From an uncultured Chloroflexia bacterium (GTDB taxonomy: Bacteria > Chloroflexota > Dehalococcoidia > DSTF01 > JALHUB01): a stretch of DNA of 64,000 nt. Location of the stretch: the NCBI GenBank assembly GCA_963703345.1, contig OY969814.1, positions 320,001 to 384,000 on the forward strand. The letters run 5' to 3'. Below the pieces are notes generated by a model. That model was not told where the DNA came from. It saw only the letters and a list, made by a program, of their open reading frames with translations, and did not search any database. How positions within the stretch are numbered: the stretch's first letter is position 1; each line of letters opens with the position of its first letter. Below are positions 60,637-64,000 of this stretch, one piece after another. The position numbers and the translations under genes are program-made.

Positions 60637-62041
60637 CGGCGAATCTGCGTCGCTTCAGCGGCGAGAGCGGGCTGTTCTTTCGAACCGGCGCTTCCGCAGC
60701 CTCTGGCTGGCGCAGCTCCTGTCGCAGATCGCTCAGAACGCCATCCTGTTTACGCTCCTCATCGTCGTTCTCACGAAGACGAACTCGACGACCGACACCA
60801 GCATCCTCGTTCTCTCCTACGTCGTGCCGTCGCTGCTGTTCGGCATGGTCGGCGGCGTCCTCGTCGACCGCTGGCGAAAGCGCGACATCCTTATTGCGAC
60901 GAACGCCTTCCGCTCGCTGGCCGCTATCGCCTTTCTCCTCAGCAAAGACCACGTCGAGGCGATATTCGCGGTCAATATCGTCTTCTCCGCCGTCGGCCAG
61001 TTCTTCGCCACCGCCGAGGTCGCCACCGTGCCGTCGCTGGTGCCGAAAAACCAGCTCATGGCCGCCAACAGCCTCGTTAGCCTTGCCTGGACGGGCGCGC
61101 AGTTCATCGGCATGGTCTTCATAGCGCCGATATTCCTCAAGACCTTCGGCGTTGACGCCCTCTTCCTCGTGACGGCCCTCTCCTTCGTCGCCGCGTCGGT
61201 GCTAACGCGCTCGCTTCCCAAGGACGTGGGCGCGCACCAGGCCGGAGAGGCCGTCGAGCCGCGAGCGCCCCAGGCGGCGCCTCGCGAGTTGGCCAAAGCG
61301 CTGCGTCTGCTTCGCTCCGACCCCGCGTCCTGCCTGGCGATGGCGCAGCTCACGCTGAGCAGCTCGCTCGTCCTCCTCTTCGCGGTGCTGGTGCCGCGCT
61401 TCATGCAGGAAGTGCTCGACGTGCGGCCGGACGACGCCGTCTACGTCTTCGCTCCAACCGGCGTCGGCGCCATCCTCGGGCTGCGGCTCCTCCCCTGGCT
61501 GGCGCAGCGGATAGGGAAGGACCGGCTAGTCGCCTTCGGGCTCATCGGGCTGGCCGTCTGTCTGGTAGCGATGGGGCTGGTCCAGAACATGGCCGCCGCC
61601 CTGCAACGAACAGAAGACCTTAACCCGTTCGGGGCGGAGCGGCTTGGCGGGCTCTCGCTGCTCGTCGCCTTGACGATGATCGTCGCCGGTCCGCTCGGCC
61701 TCGCCTACGCGATGGTGAACGCGCCGGCCCAAACCGTTTTGCATGAGAGGGCGCCCCCGGAGATGCGAGGACGCGTCTTCGGCGCCCAGCTTGCCTTAGC
61801 GAGTCTTGCCGCGATCATCCCACTGCTACTCGTGGGCGCCGTGGCCGACATATATGGTGTGAGCTTCGTGCTGTTCGCCATCGCCGTCGTCGTGGCGGCG
61901 CTGGCCGCCCTCAGCCTGCACGTGCTTGACCGCCAGCAGAAAGTGGCGCTAGCGCAACAGACCGAGGCGACGGCAGCCACGGTCGAGCGGCCCGCGGAGG
62001 CGAAAACAGCTTCGATTGACACCGAAGAAGGGGTCGGCTAG
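60629..62041 (+). CDS. MFS transporter, paralogue of the upstream gene
   Basis: FRSLWLAQ..SQ, GVLVDRW, AANSL, RGRVFG. Confidence 0.88.
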   Translation: MPDGESASLQRRERAVLSNRRFRSLWLAQLLSQIAQNAILFTLLIVVLTKTNSTTDTSILVLSYVVPSLLFGMVGGVLVDRWRKRDILIATNAFRSLAAIAFLLSKDHVEAIFAVNIVFSAVGQFFATAEVATVPSLVPKNQLMAANSLVSLAWTGAQFIGMVFIAPIFLKTFGVDALFLVTALSFVAASVLTRSLPKDVGAHQAGEAVEPRAPQAAPRELAKALRLLRSDPASCLAMAQLTLSSSLVLLFAVLVPRFMQEVLDVRPDDAVYVFAPTGVGAILGLRLLPWLAQRIGKDRLVAFGLIGLAVCLVAMGLVQNMAAALQRTEDLNPFGAERLGGLSLLVALTMIVAGPLGLAYAMVNAPAQTVLHERAPPEMRGRVFGAQLALASLAAIIPLLLVGAVADIYGVSFVLFAIAVVVAALAALSLHVLDRQQKVALAQQTEATAATVERPAEAKTASIDTEEGVG

Positions 62042-62082
62042 ACTGGTTAGGCGAGTCCGAGTCGGGAGTCGGAGGTGGTGGG

Positions 62083-62619
62083 ATGATTGAGATGAGCATA
62101 GAGAGCATCCGCGTTAGTCTTATGAACTATCAGCGGGTGGTGATACTTAAAGAGAAGAACGCGGAACGCTATCTGCCCATCTGGATCGGGCCGGCCGAGG
62201 CGGACGCCATAGCCGTGCGCCTGCAGGACGTTTCAGTCGCGCGTCCGCTCACCCACGACCTCCTGCGCTCGATTATCGACGCCCTGGGCGCCGAGATAAA
62301 CTGCATCATCGTCAACGATCTCGCGAACGACACTTTCTACGCGCGCATCGTGCTCTACGTCAACGGGCGCTCCATGGAGATCGACTCGCGCCCCAGTGAC
62401 GCCATCGCTCTCGCCGTTCGGGCCAACGTCCCCATCTTCGCTGACGAGTCGGTGCTGGAGAAGGCGGGCGTCCTTCTGGACAAGGACGGCGAGAAAGCCG
62501 TCGGCGAGGAGCTTCGCGAGGTGCAGCCGGAAGAGCTGGAGAAGATGTCCGCCTTCCGCGACTTCATCGAAAGCCTCGACCTGGACGACTTCGAGAAGCG
62601 CCGCCCGCACGGTAAATAG
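62083..62619 (+). CDS. Bifunctional nuclease (DUF151) family protein
   Basis: LPIWIG..EA.AI, RPLTHDL, FYA, IDSRPSDAIALA. Confidence 0.93.
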   Translation: MIEMSIESIRVSLMNYQRVVILKEKNAERYLPIWIGPAEADAIAVRLQDVSVARPLTHDLLRSIIDALGAEINCIIVNDLANDTFYARIVLYVNGRSMEIDSRPSDAIALAVRANVPIFADESVLEKAGVLLDKDGEKAVGEELREVQPEELEKMSAFRDFIESLDLDDFEKRRPHGK

Positions 62620-62747
62620 CATTTGTTGCGAAGACAACCTGAGAGGCGCTCAACGGCGCCTCTCTTCCATTTGCGGCGGCGGTCGCCTCTGTAGGGTCGG
62701 GGTCTGTGCCCAACTCGAAACCATACCCTCAGACGCAGCGAAGCGGC

Positions 62748-62776
62748 TTGACATAGCAGGAATTCGCTGATATAGT
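62748..62776 (+). promoter_or_regulatory. Sigma70 promoter of the T-box leader
   Basis: TTGACA-17 nt-TATAGT with an extended -10 TG. Confidence 0.7.
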
Positions 62777-62794
62777 CAGTCCACATCTGAATAG

Positions 62795-63105
62795 GGAACG
62801 GCTGAGAGCAGGACTAGTAGGCCGGAAAGCGGGGCTCCCCGCCATGGGCGGGGGCCAGAGAGCCGGAAACGGTGAGAGCCGGCGCCAGCGCAACGACCAA
62901 ATGGACCTGGGAGCCGCAAACCGAACGGTCGCCTAGGGCGACCAAGTAGGCTTTGTCGGAGGGGCACCGTTAGCAGAGCCCAGGGTATCGTCCGCCTAAG
63001 GCGACCGTACCTGATAGAGATGTCCCGGCGCCCGCGCGGTCCGTCGGGGCAAGTAGGGTGGCACCGCGAGAACGCTCTCGCCCTTACGGGCGGGGGCTTT
63101 TTGTT
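62795..63105 (+). ncRNA. T-box riboswitch (Trp)
   Basis: AGTA, AGAGA and GGTGAGA stem I motifs; TGG specifier at 62902; T-box AAGTAGGGTGGCACCGCG at 63051. Confidence 0.9.
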
Positions 63106-63106
63106 T
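63074..63106 (+). terminator. T-box intrinsic terminator
   Basis: GCTCTCGCCC-TTAC-GGGCGGGGGC-TTTTTGTTT. Confidence 0.8.
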
Positions 63107-63157
63107 GGTGGAAATGCCAAGCAGCGCCTCGGCGCTAGACCAAAGAAAGGAGGAAGC

Positions 63158-64000
63158 ATGGACACCAAATTCATTCTGCCGGAGAAGGAGATGCCGTCGC
63201 GCTGGTACAACGTCCAGGCGGACCTGCCGTCGCCGCTGCCGCCGGTGCTCCATCCGGCCACGAAACAGCCCATCGGGCCGCAGGACCTAGCGCCGCTCTT
63301 CCCGATGGAGTTAATCCGGCAGGAGGTAAGCACGGAGCGCTACATCGACATCCCGGAGGAGGTCCGGGACATACTGAAGCTGTGGCGTCCAACGCCCCTC
63401 TTCCGGGCACACCGCCTGGAGAAGGCGCTGGGCACGCCGGCGAAGATCTACTATAAGTACGAAGGCGTCAGCCCGGTCGGCTCGCACAAGCCGAACACGG
63501 CCGTCGCCCAGGCTTACTACAACATGAAAGAGGGCGTCAAACGGCTCACTACCGAGACCGGCGCCGGACAGTGGGGAAGCGCCCTGGCCATGGGGTGCAA
63601 CTTCTTCGGCATCGAGCTGAAGGTTTACATGGTCAAGGTCAGCTACTTCCAGAAGCCTTACCGCCGTTCTCTCATCGAGACCTTTGGCGCCAAGGTCGTT
63701 CCGAGCCCCAGTCCCGACACGCAGGCCGGTCGCAACGCGCTGGCGGAAGACCCCGATGCCAGCGGCAGCCTGGGCCTGGCGATAAGCGAGGCGGTAGAGG
63801 ACTGCGTGGGCCGCGAGGACACCAAGTACTCGCTCGGCAGCGTGCTCAACCACGTCCTGATGCACCAGACGGTCATCGGCGAAGAGGCGCTCAAGCAGAT
63901 GGAGATGGCCGGCGACTACCCGGACATGGTCATCGGCTGCGTCGGCGGCGGCTCCAACTTTGCCGGCATCGCCCTTCCCTTCGTCCGCGGCATCTTGACA
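63158..64000 (+). CDS. trpB2: TrpB2-type tryptophan synthase beta-like PLP enzyme, partial
   Basis: [49 protein letters not shown]. Confidence 0.93.
   Translation, partial: MDTKFILPEKEMPSRWYNVQADLPSPLPPVLHPATKQPIGPQDLAPLFPMELIRQEVSTERYIDIPEEVRDILKLWRPTPLFRAHRLEKALGTPAKIYYKYEGVSPVGSHKPNTAVAQAYYNMKEGVKRLTTETGAGQWGSALAMGCNFFGIELKVYMVKVSYFQKPYRRSLIETFGAKVVPSPSPDTQAGRNALAEDPDASGSLGLAISEAVEDCVGREDTKYSLGSVLNHVLMHQTVIGEEALKQMEMAGDYPDMVIGCVGGGSNFAGIALPFVRGILT

Overview
High-GC bacterial chromosomal window. The gene repertoire (T-box leader, F420 genes, PAC2, RimI with an insert, intergenic palindromes) suggests Chloroflexota/Dehalococcoidia; this is inferred. Most genes are housekeeping: recJ, nnr, acpS, ruvB, plsX, plsY, ilvD, dnaJ-prmA-rsmE, coaE, cinA, pyrF and a T-box-controlled trpB2. 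A TPP-riboswitch thiD-C-(Nudix)-G-E-S-O operon converges on a thiZXY-thiE2 salvage cassette bounded by identical 26-bp REP-like repeats. Accessory features: a UGA-recoded PrdB/GrdB-like selenoprotein with a SECIS-like hairpin; a lower-GC restriction-modification island with an excisionase-type HTH controller; an orphan CbbQ/NorQ AAA + cyclophilin + 1078-aa VWA module; a degenerate GGDEF protein; and three families of palindromic repeats. Across the window, normally conserved Asp codons read as Asn/His, and one frameshift occurs, where GTCGAC would be expected, which suggests a DNA-methylation footprint. No tRNA, rRNA, CRISPR array or transposase was seen. All calls are by eye from motifs; no searches were run.
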